Source of the DNA: an uncultured Enterobacteriaceae bacterium
Lineage (GTDB): Bacteria > Myxococcota_A > UBA9042
Direction of reading: 5' to 3'
Assembly: GCA_964356325.1 (NCBI GenBank)
Contig: CAYHHL010000002.1
Span: 21,490 to 85,489 of the forward strand
Length of the DNA: 64,000 nt
Positions 51,803 to 60,981 of the stretch are shown here, piece after piece. Within the stretch, counting starts at the first letter, position 1. Each line of letters starts with the position of its first letter. Below the pieces are notes generated by a model that saw only the letters and a program-made list of their open reading frames with translations, was not told the DNA's origin and searched no databases. A program made the position numbers and the translations under genes.

Positions 51803-53218
51803 ATGACCTGCCTGGGACTTCGGCGCCTCCTCATCGCGGTGTGCCTGCTGACTGCAGGGCTCGCTCAAGCGGCGGAGCCCAAGGCTCAGGGCGCGCCTGA
51901 CGTCGACGCCGCCGTCGCCGCTCGCAAGGCCGGGCGCTACGAGGAGGCCGCGCAAATCCTGCTCGACTGGACCGCGGCGCATCCCAGCGATGCCAAGGCA
52001 TTGCATGAACTCGGCGTCTTGTACGCGCTGCATGGCCAGCTGCGCGATGCCGCCGCCCGGTTCGAAGCGACCCTCGCGCTGAATCCGGACGCGACCGAGA
52101 CACGTCGCAACCTGGCGGAAGTCCTGCGCGCCGACAATCGCTGTACGCAGGCGCTGCCGCACTACCGGACGCTGACGGGCGCGGACCTGAACGATCAGGT
52201 GGCCTTGCGCGGCATGGTGCTGTGTCGCCAGACGATGGGCCAAACCGACGCAGCGCTGCTGGTCTGTGCGGAAATCGAGCAACGCTTCGCCCAGACGCCG
52301 TTCGCGGAGTGGGCTCGCCAGCGTGCCGCGCAGATTCGCGCCCTGGCCCAAGCCGGAGCGGTGACTCCGCAGCAAGCCGACGCCGAAGGGGCTGCCCTGT
52401 TTGCAGAAAGGCGTTACGCGGATGCGGCGGCCTGGCTGGCCAAGGCGCTGGCGCTGCAACCGACTGCGGACCGGAGCTATCGCCTGGCGATGGCGCAGCT
52501 GGGCGCGGGGGACATGCTGCCGGCATTGGCCAGTCTGCAGCGGGCGTTGCAGATCGATTCGCACCACGTCGCGTCGCTTTCCGCGTGGCCGACCGTGGCC
52601 AAGGCCCTGCGTCTGCAAGGCAATGGCGGTGTCGACGTCGAGTTCGCGCGCCAGACGCGGACCCCGGTGCAAAGGGTGGCCAACGCGCTGGCCGAAGGCG
52701 ATCTGGTCCTGGCGCGACAACTGCTGAAAACGACACTGCAACCGGCCAAGGACGGCGACGGCAAGCTGCCGCCGGGCGCGGTGCTGGCGGTGCTGAACGG
52801 CGAAGTCCTGTTGCGCGAAGGCAAGCTGGCGCAAGCGGTGCAGGCATTCCAGGACGCGTTGCTGCAGCGACCCAAGTACCCCGCGGCGATCAAGGGGCTG
52901 GCAGCGGTGTACGTGTTGCAGGGCAGATACCAGGACGCAAGGGATCTCGCCAAGTTGCCAGCGCAAGCCAATGTCGCGCCTGACCACGCCCAGGACGATC
53001 TGCAGCGCTACGTGGCCCTGCGCCGCGCCGAGCTGATGCACCAGTTGCAGATGGCGGACGATCCAGGCCTGAAGCCCTTGCCGGCGCTGGTCGATCAGGT
53101 GGCCGATGCCACGCCGCCGCCACCTCCGCCGCCGCCACCTGCCGTTGAACCGGCGCCCGAGCCCGTCAAGGCCAAGGGCAAGGCGGCGACCAAGGGCAAG
53201 GCGGGTCGACGCAAGTGA
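51803..53218 (+). CDS. Secreted TPR-repeat protein with a Pro/Lys-rich tail
   Basis: Signal peptide MTCLGLRRLLIAVCLLTAGLAQA. Multiple TPR units (..AKALHELGVLYALHGQLRDAAARFEATLALNPD..). C-terminus [34 protein letters not shown]. Confidence 0.7.
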   Translation: MTCLGLRRLLIAVCLLTAGLAQAAEPKAQGAPDVDAAVAARKAGRYEEAAQILLDWTAAHPSDAKALHELGVLYALHGQLRDAAARFEATLALNPDATETRRNLAEVLRADNRCTQALPHYRTLTGADLNDQVALRGMVLCRQTMGQTDAALLVCAEIEQRFAQTPFAEWARQRAAQIRALAQAGAVTPQQADAEGAALFAERRYADAAAWLAKALALQPTADRSYRLAMAQLGAGDMLPALASLQRALQIDSHHVASLSAWPTVAKALRLQGNGGVDVEFARQTRTPVQRVANALAEGDLVLARQLLKTTLQPAKDGDGKLPPGAVLAVLNGEVLLREGKLAQAVQAFQDALLQRPKYPAAIKGLAAVYVLQGRYQDARDLAKLPAQANVAPDHAQDDLQRYVALRRAELMHQLQMADDPGLKPLPALVDQVADATPPPPPPPPPAVEPAPEPVKAKGKAATKGKAGRRK

Positions 53219-54618
53219 GTTCAAGGCCAGCGGATTCACCCGACGTTCAAACGGACGGCAGCGGCAGCTTGCGCGGCACGGTGCTCATGCCGGCGGCGGA
53301 CGGCTCGGTAGGGTTGCTGGAGGATGCGGTCATCCGGTGGGAATCTGGGCGGATCGTGGGGGTCGAACCTTCGGGGTCGGGGTCGGGTTCGGGATCGGGT
53401 TCGGGTTCGGGTTCGGGTGCGGGTTCGGGTTCGAGTTCGGGTTCGGGCATGAGTTCCGGCTCCGGTTCCGGCTCCGGTTCCGGCTCCGGCCCCGGCTCCG
53501 GTTCCGGTTCCGGCTCAAGCTCCGGCGAGTGGCTCCTCCTGCCCGGCTTCGTCGACCTGCACTGCCACTGGCCGCAAGCCCACGTGCGCGGTCAGTTTTC
53601 TGGCCAGCTGCTGCCCTGGCTGCGCGAGTCGATCTGGCCTGCCGAAGCCGCCTTTGCCGATGCCGAGGTCGCGCGCGTGCGGGCCCAGGCGTTCCTGCGC
53701 GAGGCGATTGCGGCTGGCACTTGCGCCGGGCTGCTGTTCGGCCCGCCGTTTCTCGAAGCGAGCTTGCAGTTCCTGAGGTTGGCGCCGCGCGGCTTCTTCG
53801 ATGGCCCGGCGCTGATGGAGGCGCACGCTCCCGAAGCGCTGTTGCGACCGGCCGCGCACACGCTGGACGCCCTGGCCGGCCTGCCGCCCGAAGTGCGCGA
53901 ACGCCTGGTGATTTCTCCCCGTTTTGCCCCGAGCCTGACCGCCGAGGGGCTGGTGCAGTGCGGAGCGGCGGTGCAGGCGTTGGCACTGGCCGCGCAAAGC
54001 CACCTCTCGGAGAACCTGGACGAGATCGCCTGGGTGCGCGAGCTGTTCCCACAAGCCATTGATTATACAGACGTCTATGATCGCGCCGGCTTGCTGGGCC
54101 CGCGCACGGTGATGGCCCACGGCGTGCATCTGTCCGCGCGCGAACTGGATCGGCTGGCGGCGACCGGCACGATGCTCGCGCACTGCCCGACCAGCAACGC
54201 GGCGCTGGGCAGCGGTCGCATGCCCCTGGAACTCATTCGTAAACACGGGGTGGACTGGGTGCTGGCAACCGACGTGGGTGCGGGCCCCTTGCTCAGCCAA
54301 TTGGACGTGATGCGCGCCTGCCTGGAGCAGCACGCCGGGCACGCCGAGATCGCCGCGACGGAAGCGTTGAGCCGCAGCACGGCGATTCCAGGCGCATTCC
54401 TGGCACGGCTGGATCCGACGCTGGCCGGTCTGGGCACCTTCGAACCTGGAGCGCCCGCCCACATCGTCGCGCTGCCCCGGCCCGCAGGGCGCGCCGATGC
54501 CGAAGGTCTGCTGCGATCGCTGCTGAAGACGCCGCGCGAGGCCTTGGAGACGTTGCCGCTTCAGGTGGTGTCGTGGGGCGTGACGCAAGGTCCCGAGGCG
54601 CTGCACCGGCCGCTGTGA
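53215..54618 (+). CDS. guaD: Guanine deaminase (amidohydrolase superfamily) with an internal Ser/Gly repeat insertion
   Basis: [12 protein letters not shown] is the HxH site. [37 protein letters not shown] and ATDVGAG align closely to E. coli GuaD. A 52-aa (SG)n insert lies between the N-terminal beta-sandwich strand and the HxH motif. GTG start overlaps the upstream stop. Confidence 0.85.
   Translation: MSSRPADSPDVQTDGSGSLRGTVLMPAADGSVGLLEDAVIRWESGRIVGVEPSGSGSGSGSGSGSGSGAGSGSSSGSGMSSGSGSGSGSGSGPGSGSGSGSSSGEWLLLPGFVDLHCHWPQAHVRGQFSGQLLPWLRESIWPAEAAFADAEVARVRAQAFLREAIAAGTCAGLLFGPPFLEASLQFLRLAPRGFFDGPALMEAHAPEALLRPAAHTLDALAGLPPEVRERLVISPRFAPSLTAEGLVQCGAAVQALALAAQSHLSENLDEIAWVRELFPQAIDYTDVYDRAGLLGPRTVMAHGVHLSARELDRLAATGTMLAHCPTSNAALGSGRMPLELIRKHGVDWVLATDVGAGPLLSQLDVMRACLEQHAGHAEIAATEALSRSTAIPGAFLARLDPTLAGLGTFEPGAPAHIVALPRPAGRADAEGLLRSLLKTPREALETLPLQVVSWGVTQGPEALHRPL
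53371..53526 (+). repeat. Coding hexanucleotide microsatellite (GGGTTC)n(GGCTCC)n, frame-neutral, encoding (SG)n
   Basis: tcggggtcggggtcgggttcgggatcgggttcgggttcggg...ggctccggttccggctccggttccggc. Same unit family as the intergenic repeat at 18376..18529. Confidence 0.8.
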
Positions 54619-54734
54619 GCTTGACGCAGGCGCCGTGCTGGCCCGACACTCCCGGCGCCGGGCGGCATGCCCTTCCCTGCCGTCACTTGGACACCCGTTA
54701 TCGCCACCCCTTACCGACATCAGGACTGACAGAC

Positions 54735-56003
54735 ATGAGCGAACGCAAGAAGGTGGTCCTGGCCTATTCCGGCGGCTTGGACACGTCGGTGATGTTGCAC
54801 TGGCTCAAGTACGACCAGGGCTATGACGTCGTGTGCATGACGGCCGACGTCGGCCAGGGCGAAGAGCTCTCCGGTCTTCACGAAAAGGCCATGAAGTCAG
54901 GGGCCGTGGGCCTGCATGTCCTGGACCTGCGCGAGACTTTCGTGCGCGACTACGTGTTTCCCTCGCTCATGGCCAACGCCGTGTACGAAGGCTACTACCT
55001 GCTCGGCACGTCGCTGGCACGCCCGCCGATCGCCAAGGCGCTGGTCGAGGTCGCGGTACAGGAAGGCGCGTTCGCGATCGCCCACGGTTCGACGGGAAAG
55101 GGCAACGATCAGGTAAGGTTCGAGCTGGGTGCCTACGCGCTCAAGCCCGACATCCAGGTCATCGCGCCGTGGCGGACGTGGGAGTACAAGTCGCGGTCGG
55201 ACCTGATCGGCTACTGCAAGAAGCACGACATCCCGATCACCGCAACTGCCGAGAAGCCTTACTCGACTGACCGCAACCTGCTGCACATCAGCTTCGAGGG
55301 CGGCATCCTCGAGGATCCTTGGCTGGCCCCGCCCGAGGACATGTACCGCCTCTCGGTCAATCCCAAGAACGCGCCGGACGAAGCGGAAGACGTAGAGATC
55401 GCGTTCGAAGACGGCATCCCGGTGTCGGTGAACGGCAAGAAGCTGGGCGCGGTCGAACTGCTCGAGGTCTGCAACGCCCTGGGCGGCAAGCACGGCGTCG
55501 GTCGCGTGGACATCGTCGAGAACCGCTATGTCGGCATCAAGTCGCGCGGCGTGTACGAAACCCCAGGCGGCACGCTGCTTTACCACGCCCATCGCGCCGT
55601 CGAATCGCTGGTGCTCGATCGCGAGGTCATGTCCATGCGCGACGGCCTGGTGCCGCAGTTCACCCGCCTGATCTACAACGGGTATTGGTTCTCACCGGAG
55701 ATGAGCCACCTGCTGAAGTTCATGAAGGACGTGCAGAAAGGCGTCACCGGCGTCGCGCGCCTGCAGCTCTACAAGGGCGGCTGCGTCGTGACCGGTCGGC
55801 GTGCGCGCAACTCGCTGTACAACCCGGAATACAGCACGTTCGAGGCAGATCGCGTGTACAACCAGGCGGACGCGGACGGCTTCATCAAGCTGAACTCGCT
55901 GCGCCTGAAGCTGAACACCTACCGCGATCAGGCCATGCTTTCGCACCCGACCGCCGCCGTCACCGAAGAAATCGCGGAACTGCGCCAGGGCTTCATCGAG
56001 TAA
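54735..56003 (+). CDS. argG: Argininosuccinate synthase
   Basis: MSERKKVVLAYSGGLDTSV is the PP-loop. Also GTSLARP and NRYVGIKSRGVYETPGGT. Confidence 0.95.
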   Translation: MSERKKVVLAYSGGLDTSVMLHWLKYDQGYDVVCMTADVGQGEELSGLHEKAMKSGAVGLHVLDLRETFVRDYVFPSLMANAVYEGYYLLGTSLARPPIAKALVEVAVQEGAFAIAHGSTGKGNDQVRFELGAYALKPDIQVIAPWRTWEYKSRSDLIGYCKKHDIPITATAEKPYSTDRNLLHISFEGGILEDPWLAPPEDMYRLSVNPKNAPDEAEDVEIAFEDGIPVSVNGKKLGAVELLEVCNALGGKHGVGRVDIVENRYVGIKSRGVYETPGGTLLYHAHRAVESLVLDREVMSMRDGLVPQFTRLIYNGYWFSPEMSHLLKFMKDVQKGVTGVARLQLYKGGCVVTGRRARNSLYNPEYSTFEADRVYNQADADGFIKLNSLRLKLNTYRDQAMLSHPTAAVTEEIAELRQGFIE

Positions 56004-56045
56004 CGCAACATCGGATAGCGCAACATCGGATAGCGCAATATCGAG
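56004..56045. repeat. 15-bp tandem direct repeat (2.8 copies) in the argG-prs intergenic region
   Basis: cgcaacatcggatag | cgcaacatcggatag | cgcaatatcgag, immediately before the prs RBS GAGGG. Confidence 0.6.
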
Positions 56046-56051
56046 GGCTCC

Positions 56052-56987
56052 ATGAACGCTCATATCAAGATCTTCGCAGGTTCCAGTCACCCCGCGTTGG
56101 CCCAGGCGATTTGCGACAACTTGGACGTGCCGCTGGCAAAGAGCGAGACGGTCAGGTTTTCCAACGAGAACCTGATGGTCAAGATCCAGGAGAACGTTCG
56201 CGAATGCGACGTCTTCTACATCCAGACCTCGGCCACCCCGGTGCACGATGTCATCATGGAGATGCTGATCGCCATCGATGCGCTCAAGCACAGTTCGGCG
56301 GCCCGGGTCACCGCGGTGCTGCCCTACTTCTTCTACGCCCGGTCGGACAAGAAAGACCGGCCGCGCATCTCGATCACCGCGCGGCTGATGGCCGACCTGC
56401 TGCAGACGGCCGGCGCCGATCGCGTGCTGACGATGGACCTGCACTCGCCGCAAATCCAAGGCTTCTTCCGCGTTCCAGTCGACCAGCTCGTGGCCGCGCC
56501 GATCCTGTGCGCGCACCTGCGCCGGGAAGATCTGACCGACCACGTGCTGGTGGCGGGCGACGTCGGTGAAGCCAAGGAACTCGGGCGGTTCGCCAACCTC
56601 TTGCACCTGCCCGTCGCCATCGTCGACAAGCGGCGCTATGGCGACGACGACAAGGCCGTGGCCACCAACCTCATCGGCGATGTCGAACGCAAGCATGCGA
56701 TCATCGTGGACGACGAAATCGCCACGGGCGGCACGATCATCGAGGCCACGAACTTCCTCATGGATCGCGGAGCCTTGTCCGTGCGCGTCATGGCCACCCA
56801 CGGCGTGCTGAGCGGTCCCGCGGTCGATCGCATCAACCATTCGGTCATCTCGAGCGTCTTGGTCACCGACACGATCCCGCTGCGCGACAAGCAGTCGGAC
56901 AAGATCAAGGTCCTGTCGGTCGCGCCGGTATTCGCCAAAGCCATCCGCCGCATCCACGACGGCGACTCGGTCAGCGACTTGTTCTGA
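56052..56987 (+). CDS. prs: Ribose-phosphate pyrophosphokinase
   Basis: The PRPP-binding loop HAIIVDDEIATGGTI and the typical Prs N-terminus IKIFAGSSHPALAQAI. Confidence 0.95.
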   Translation: MNAHIKIFAGSSHPALAQAICDNLDVPLAKSETVRFSNENLMVKIQENVRECDVFYIQTSATPVHDVIMEMLIAIDALKHSSAARVTAVLPYFFYARSDKKDRPRISITARLMADLLQTAGADRVLTMDLHSPQIQGFFRVPVDQLVAAPILCAHLRREDLTDHVLVAGDVGEAKELGRFANLLHLPVAIVDKRRYGDDDKAVATNLIGDVERKHAIIVDDEIATGGTIIEATNFLMDRGALSVRVMATHGVLSGPAVDRINHSVISSVLVTDTIPLRDKQSDKIKVLSVAPVFAKAIRRIHDGDSVSDLF

Positions 56988-57070
56988 ACCCTCGGACATC
57001 TCGGGTGGTTCGGTTTGGCGAGGGCACTTCGCCCTTGACCCGGTCCCGCCGGAGACCTAGGGTGACTTGC

Positions 57071-58189
57071 ATGAGGGCTGACCAACGCGGCCGGGATGTT
57101 CTTCGTTACGCGCTGGCGCTGCCGGTAGCCTTGTTGCTGGTTCTCCTGCTGACGTGGGGACTTGCACACCTGCTGCAGGCGGACGCGGTGCCGCGGCGGG
57201 CGATCGCGCAACACGGCAAGCTGGCAACGGCGGACGGTCGAGCCGGCAAGGGCGCCAAGACCCACGTCCGTTTCGTCGGCAAGACCGTGGCCGAGAAAGA
57301 CAAGCCCAAGGAAATCAAGACACCTCCAGTCGTCGACCTGAACGGTCAAGTGGTCGACTCCGCACGGCCGATGCGCGAGGAGCGCCCCGACAACGCCAGG
57401 TATCTGGGCCGTTACGACTCGAAGGTGGCCAAGGAGCAAAAGAGTCTGGGGCGCAAGATGCTCGGCAAGGACCTGGGCAAGATGCCGCTCGACAACCCTT
57501 CGCCGATCCAGAGCCCGCAATCGGCCAGCAAGGCGCCGACGCAGATTCCCAAGCACGAACCCAAGGTCGTCAAGGGCACGTCGGGGGCGCCGGACAAGAG
57601 TGCGGACAAGGTCAGACCGCTAGACGGTCCGGGCGCGGCTGCGGTGGCGGATGCAGGCGAGACGGCGCGGCGTGGTTCGCCGGTGGTGCGCGGCAAGGAT
57701 GACGGCCTGCTGCTGCCCGCCACCTCGCCGGGCAACATCATGCACAACATCCAGGCCCTTGCCGGCAATCCGGGCGGCAACGACTACTTGCCGGACGTCG
57801 AGGACGAGGGCGACACCAACCTGCTGAATACGCGGCGCTTCAAGTACTGGGACTTCTTCCAGCGGGTCAAGGACCGGGTCGCGAGCGAGTGGGAGCCCGG
57901 CACGGTCTGGCGCGGGCGCGATCCGAGCGGCAATCGCTACGGCGTGCGGCCCAGACTGACCATCCTGCGGGTGAAGCTGGATCCGGAAGGCGCGGTCAAG
58001 CACATGGACATCGCGAAAAAATCTGGCTTGGAGTTCCTTGACGACGAGGCAGAACGCGCCTTCTCTGCTGCTGGACCGTTTCCCAACCCGCCGCGCGACA
58101 TGATGCGCAATGGCGAGATCGAGTTCCAGTTTGGCTTCATGTTCGAAATCACCTCGCAAAAGTTCAAGTTCTTCCGAGTTCCACAGTGA
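57071..58189 (+). CDS. TonB-family C-terminal-domain protein (N-terminal TM anchor, Pro/Lys linker)
   Basis: N-terminal TM LRYALALPVALLLVLLLTWGLAHLL, a low-complexity K/P-rich linker, and a C-terminus ..GVRPRLTILRVKLDPEGAVKHMDIAKKSGLEFLDDEAERAFSAAGPFPNPP.. resembling the TonB-C fold. Confidence 0.5.
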   Translation: MRADQRGRDVLRYALALPVALLLVLLLTWGLAHLLQADAVPRRAIAQHGKLATADGRAGKGAKTHVRFVGKTVAEKDKPKEIKTPPVVDLNGQVVDSARPMREERPDNARYLGRYDSKVAKEQKSLGRKMLGKDLGKMPLDNPSPIQSPQSASKAPTQIPKHEPKVVKGTSGAPDKSADKVRPLDGPGAAAVADAGETARRGSPVVRGKDDGLLLPATSPGNIMHNIQALAGNPGGNDYLPDVEDEGDTNLLNTRRFKYWDFFQRVKDRVASEWEPGTVWRGRDPSGNRYGVRPRLTILRVKLDPEGAVKHMDIAKKSGLEFLDDEAERAFSAAGPFPNPPRDMMRNGEIEFQFGFMFEITSQKFKFFRVPQ

Positions 58190-58265
58190 TCTCGGGGGTA
58201 TCCTTGTCCCTTCCGCGATCGGGCCGACCCTGACGCGGATCATTCGGCACCTGCGTCGGGGTGTT

Positions 58266-59336
58266 GTGTGGCTCGCATTTGCGCTGATGCTGACCGCCGC
58301 GTCCGCCAACCCGGCGCACGCCCAACAGGTCCTGCGGCCCGAACCCGGCGCTCTGCGGTTGCACGTGGAATTGCACGAAGTCGACGCTGATCGCCGCAAG
58401 CCGTTGGAAAAACTGACGCGGCAGGCGCTGGCGCAGGTCGAGGAAGACCTGATGACCGGGCTGTCGGGCGACCTGCACGTCGATTACGTCGGCAGTCCAG
58501 AGGCTTTCAAGCGCGTGATGGAAGCCCACGGCGCCCGCGGTTGGCCGGAGAACTGGATCGCCGGGCTGGCGTTGCTCGACCAGGATCGCATCATCGTCGA
58601 GGTCAACGGGCCCGGCGCGTTGCTGACCAGCGAAGTGGTTCGGCACGAACTGGCGCACATCGCGCTGCACGCGCTTTCGGGCAACGTGTACCTGCCTCGT
58701 TGGTATCACGAGGGAATCGCGATGTACCTGGCGGGCGAGGCGACCTACGAGCGGTTGCGGCAGCAGGCTGGCGCCTCGGCCTTTGGCGAGCTCGACAGCC
58801 TGGCCCAGCTCAACCGCGGGTTCGGCAACGACAACCAGGTGGCGGCGCAACGGTCCTACGCGGTCTCGGCCGGCTTCGTGCGCTTCGCGGTGCTGCGGGC
58901 GGGCGATCGACGGGCGATCCTGCATCTTCACGCCAGGATGCGCGCCGGCCTGGACTTCCCGGCGGCGTTCACCGCGACCTTCGGCATGCCAGTGGAATCG
59001 CTATACTCCTTGTACGGCGCGCACATCGGTCAACATGCCTCGCGCTGGACCCTGCTGCTGACCGACTCGGCGCTGTGGGGTCTGGTGTCGGTGTTGGCCC
59101 TGCTCGCGATGTCGATGGCCTGGCGCAACCGCGCTCGCTTCGAGGCGGACGGCGAACCGCTCGATCTGGAGGCCATCGCACTCGAAGGCGAATTGGCCTT
59201 GCGCCCCTGGAAGCGCCGCGACTTCGCGCAACAGCCGTTCGAGGTTGCTGAGGCCGATGGCTCGCTTGCGGAGACCGCGGCAAAGGCTGAGGAACCGGCG
59301 CGCGAACCGTCCGAGAACGGCCACACAATCCACTGA
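58266..59336 (+). CDS. Putative MA-clan zinc-metallopeptidase-like protein with a C-terminal TM segment
   Basis: HExxH as VVRHELAHIALHAL, plus WYHEGIAMY (Peptidase_MA_2-like). A C-terminal hydrophobic helix WTLLLTDSALWGLVSVLALLAMSMAW. The start codon is uncertain (GTG about 58266; an alternative is further upstream). Confidence 0.4.
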   Translation: MWLAFALMLTAASANPAHAQQVLRPEPGALRLHVELHEVDADRRKPLEKLTRQALAQVEEDLMTGLSGDLHVDYVGSPEAFKRVMEAHGARGWPENWIAGLALLDQDRIIVEVNGPGALLTSEVVRHELAHIALHALSGNVYLPRWYHEGIAMYLAGEATYERLRQQAGASAFGELDSLAQLNRGFGNDNQVAAQRSYAVSAGFVRFAVLRAGDRRAILHLHARMRAGLDFPAAFTATFGMPVESLYSLYGAHIGQHASRWTLLLTDSALWGLVSVLALLAMSMAWRNRARFEADGEPLDLEAIALEGELALRPWKRRDFAQQPFEVAEADGSLAETAAKAEEPAREPSENGHTIH

Positions 59337-59426
59337 ATACACTAGCGATTATCCGATACTCGCCAGACTGGTGAACTGAATTGACAGCACCCACGGTGCC
59401 GCGTACAAGCGCCAGACCTGCCGAAA

Positions 59427-60707
59427 GTGAAGCCGGCGTTTCCCCACAAGGCCATGCTCCAAGCGACCGTCCAGTTCCGGCCGTACCTGATGCGTACCGC
59501 GCATTTGCGTCTGCTCGTAGGCGCCGTTGAACTGGCGCAGGACGCGCTCGACGAAGTGCCGGTGTTGCGGGCGGCGGCTCGGTTCTTTCACCGCCCGTTC
59601 GCGGATCGCAGCGCGCTCGAGGCGCATCTGGCCGAACGGGACGCCCACAGCCAGTTCTTTCCGTGGCTTCTATGGGATGCCGACCTGCCCGACGGCCCGC
59701 TGGGCATGCGCCTGCTGGCAACCAAGCGGACCGCGGTGGACCGTGAAGTGCTGCTGGGCCTGCTCGCGACCCAACCGGATGTCTTCCAAGTGGTCGGCAC
59801 CAGTGCGCAAAGTACTGTGCTGGAACGGGTGGCCGACGGTCGCTGTGTGGCCGTCATCGAGCCTGTGCTGCGCGCGGTGGCGACGCGCGGCGAGTTGTAC
59901 GTGGCGCGGGTGGTCGAGTGTGGCGATTGCTGCCTGCTCGACGCCGTGCACGCCTGCTTGCCCGCGACGGCACGGCGATCGCTGGTGCGGGCGGCGCGGC
60001 GAACGCGGGAACTGGAGCCGGAACAAGCACTTGCGCACTTACTGACCACCAGCGCGCGGGCGATGCGGCGCGTCGAGGTGCCGACCGAGCCCTGGCGCCA
60101 AGGCGACCCGCTGCTGCATGCAACCCTGGCTTTCGAGGTGCTGGATCCGCGCGCCCTGGACGCTGCCCTGAATGCGGCTGTGGCGGCGAACCGCTTGGAA
60201 CGAGGGTCTTCTCGACGCTTCTCGATCTTGGACGCGATGTTTGGTCCGGTCGGGGCGGTCCTGCGTCTGGCCGGGGCACGGCTCTACGCGGCAACGACGG
60301 CTCAGCGCGTGGACGATCTGCAGGCGGCGGTCATGCACGCGCTGCCCGGTTTGCGCCATGCCTGCACGCTGTTCCGCGATCCGGACGTCCTGCTGGATCC
60401 CTCGCGGTGGCCGACGGCGCAGAACCGAGGCGAGCCGGTAAGTCAGCCTGCTCGAGCCCGCGACGGCTGGCAATCCGACGAATTGCAATCCTTTGCTCGC
60501 GATTGGATCGGCGAGTGCCTTGCGACTTTCCACGACACCGCGCACCCCTGGCTGGGCGGGGTCACGCCGCGGGAAGCGATTCGCACGCCGGCCGGGCGAT
60601 CGCAGGTTCGCGCCTGGCTGCGCACGGTCGAGCAGGTGACCGCGGTGGCGGGACCGGGCTACGAAAGCGCGCTGCAGTCGATCTGGCGCGACCTGTCCGG
60701 GACGTAG
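59427..60707 (+). CDS. Hypothetical protein with a C-terminal DUF2384-like segment (Xre/MbcA/ParS antitoxin toxin-binding-domain-like)
   Basis: The C-terminus ..FHDTAHPWLGGVTPREAIRTPAGRSQVRAWLRTVEQV resembles the DUF2384 consensus W..P...LgG.tP.e.l.t..G...V...L..ie.G. The start is GTG at 59427 or ATG at 59454. Confidence 0.45.
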   Translation: MKPAFPHKAMLQATVQFRPYLMRTAHLRLLVGAVELAQDALDEVPVLRAAARFFHRPFADRSALEAHLAERDAHSQFFPWLLWDADLPDGPLGMRLLATKRTAVDREVLLGLLATQPDVFQVVGTSAQSTVLERVADGRCVAVIEPVLRAVATRGELYVARVVECGDCCLLDAVHACLPATARRSLVRAARRTRELEPEQALAHLLTTSARAMRRVEVPTEPWRQGDPLLHATLAFEVLDPRALDAALNAAVAANRLERGSSRRFSILDAMFGPVGAVLRLAGARLYAATTAQRVDDLQAAVMHALPGLRHACTLFRDPDVLLDPSRWPTAQNRGEPVSQPARARDGWQSDELQSFARDWIGECLATFHDTAHPWLGGVTPREAIRTPAGRSQVRAWLRTVEQVTAVAGPGYESALQSIWRDLSGT

Positions 60708-60723
60708 CGGTTCTGGCGCCGGA

Positions 60724-60981
60724 CTACGCGCCGTCGGCTTCGAACGACTTGCAAAACACCGGTTCACCCTTGGTATCCAGGGCATCGACGGCGTCGATCA
60801 GGTTCGCGTTCGGCCAACCGGTCGAGCACGCGCCGTTCCCCATCAAGAACACGCAGTCGCGGCAACGCCAGGCCAATCGCCAGGTTTCGACCTGCTCATG
60901 AAACTGGGCGTTGAGTGTGGCGATGTCGTCCCCGCGCGCGAGGTCGACCAGGAACATGCTGCGACCACGGGCAAAACTCAA
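60724..60981 (-). CDS. Small Cys-containing hypothetical protein (85 aa)
   Basis: The minus-strand translation gives MSFARGRSMFLVDLARGDDIATLNAQFHEQVETWRLAWRCRDCVFLMGNGACSTGWPNANLIDAVDALDTKGEPVFCKSFEADGA. A TTG start overlaps the upstream TGA as TTGA, suggesting translational coupling. The ORF track lists this ORF as '+', but the + strand at 60724 (cta cgc gcc...) does not encode it. Confidence 0.4.
   Translation of the reverse strand: MSFARGRSMFLVDLARGDDIATLNAQFHEQVETWRLAWRCRDCVFLMGNGACSTGWPNANLIDAVDALDTKGEPVFCKSFEADGA

Noticed and set aside
53106-54062. 318-aa + ORF MPRRRHLRRRHLPLNRRPSPSRPRARRRPRARR..
   Set aside because: It is off-frame across the TPR gene's end and guaD's start, including the microsatellite. 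It is Arg/Pro low-complexity. The guaD frame has full-length homology to guanine deaminase.
60724-60981. ORF track lists this ORF on the + strand
   Set aside because: The + strand at 60724 reads cta cgc gcc... and does not encode the listed protein. The listed 85-aa sequence is obtained exactly from the minus strand (TTG at 60981, TAG at 60724), so it is annotated as '-'.
59427-60981. Type II toxin-antitoxin pair (DUF2384 antitoxin plus RES toxin)
   Set aside because: No RES-like or any other toxin-sized ORF follows the DUF2384-like tail. The adjacent small ORF is on the opposite strand and coupled to a different gene. The DUF2384-like tail is kept as a single-protein observation only.
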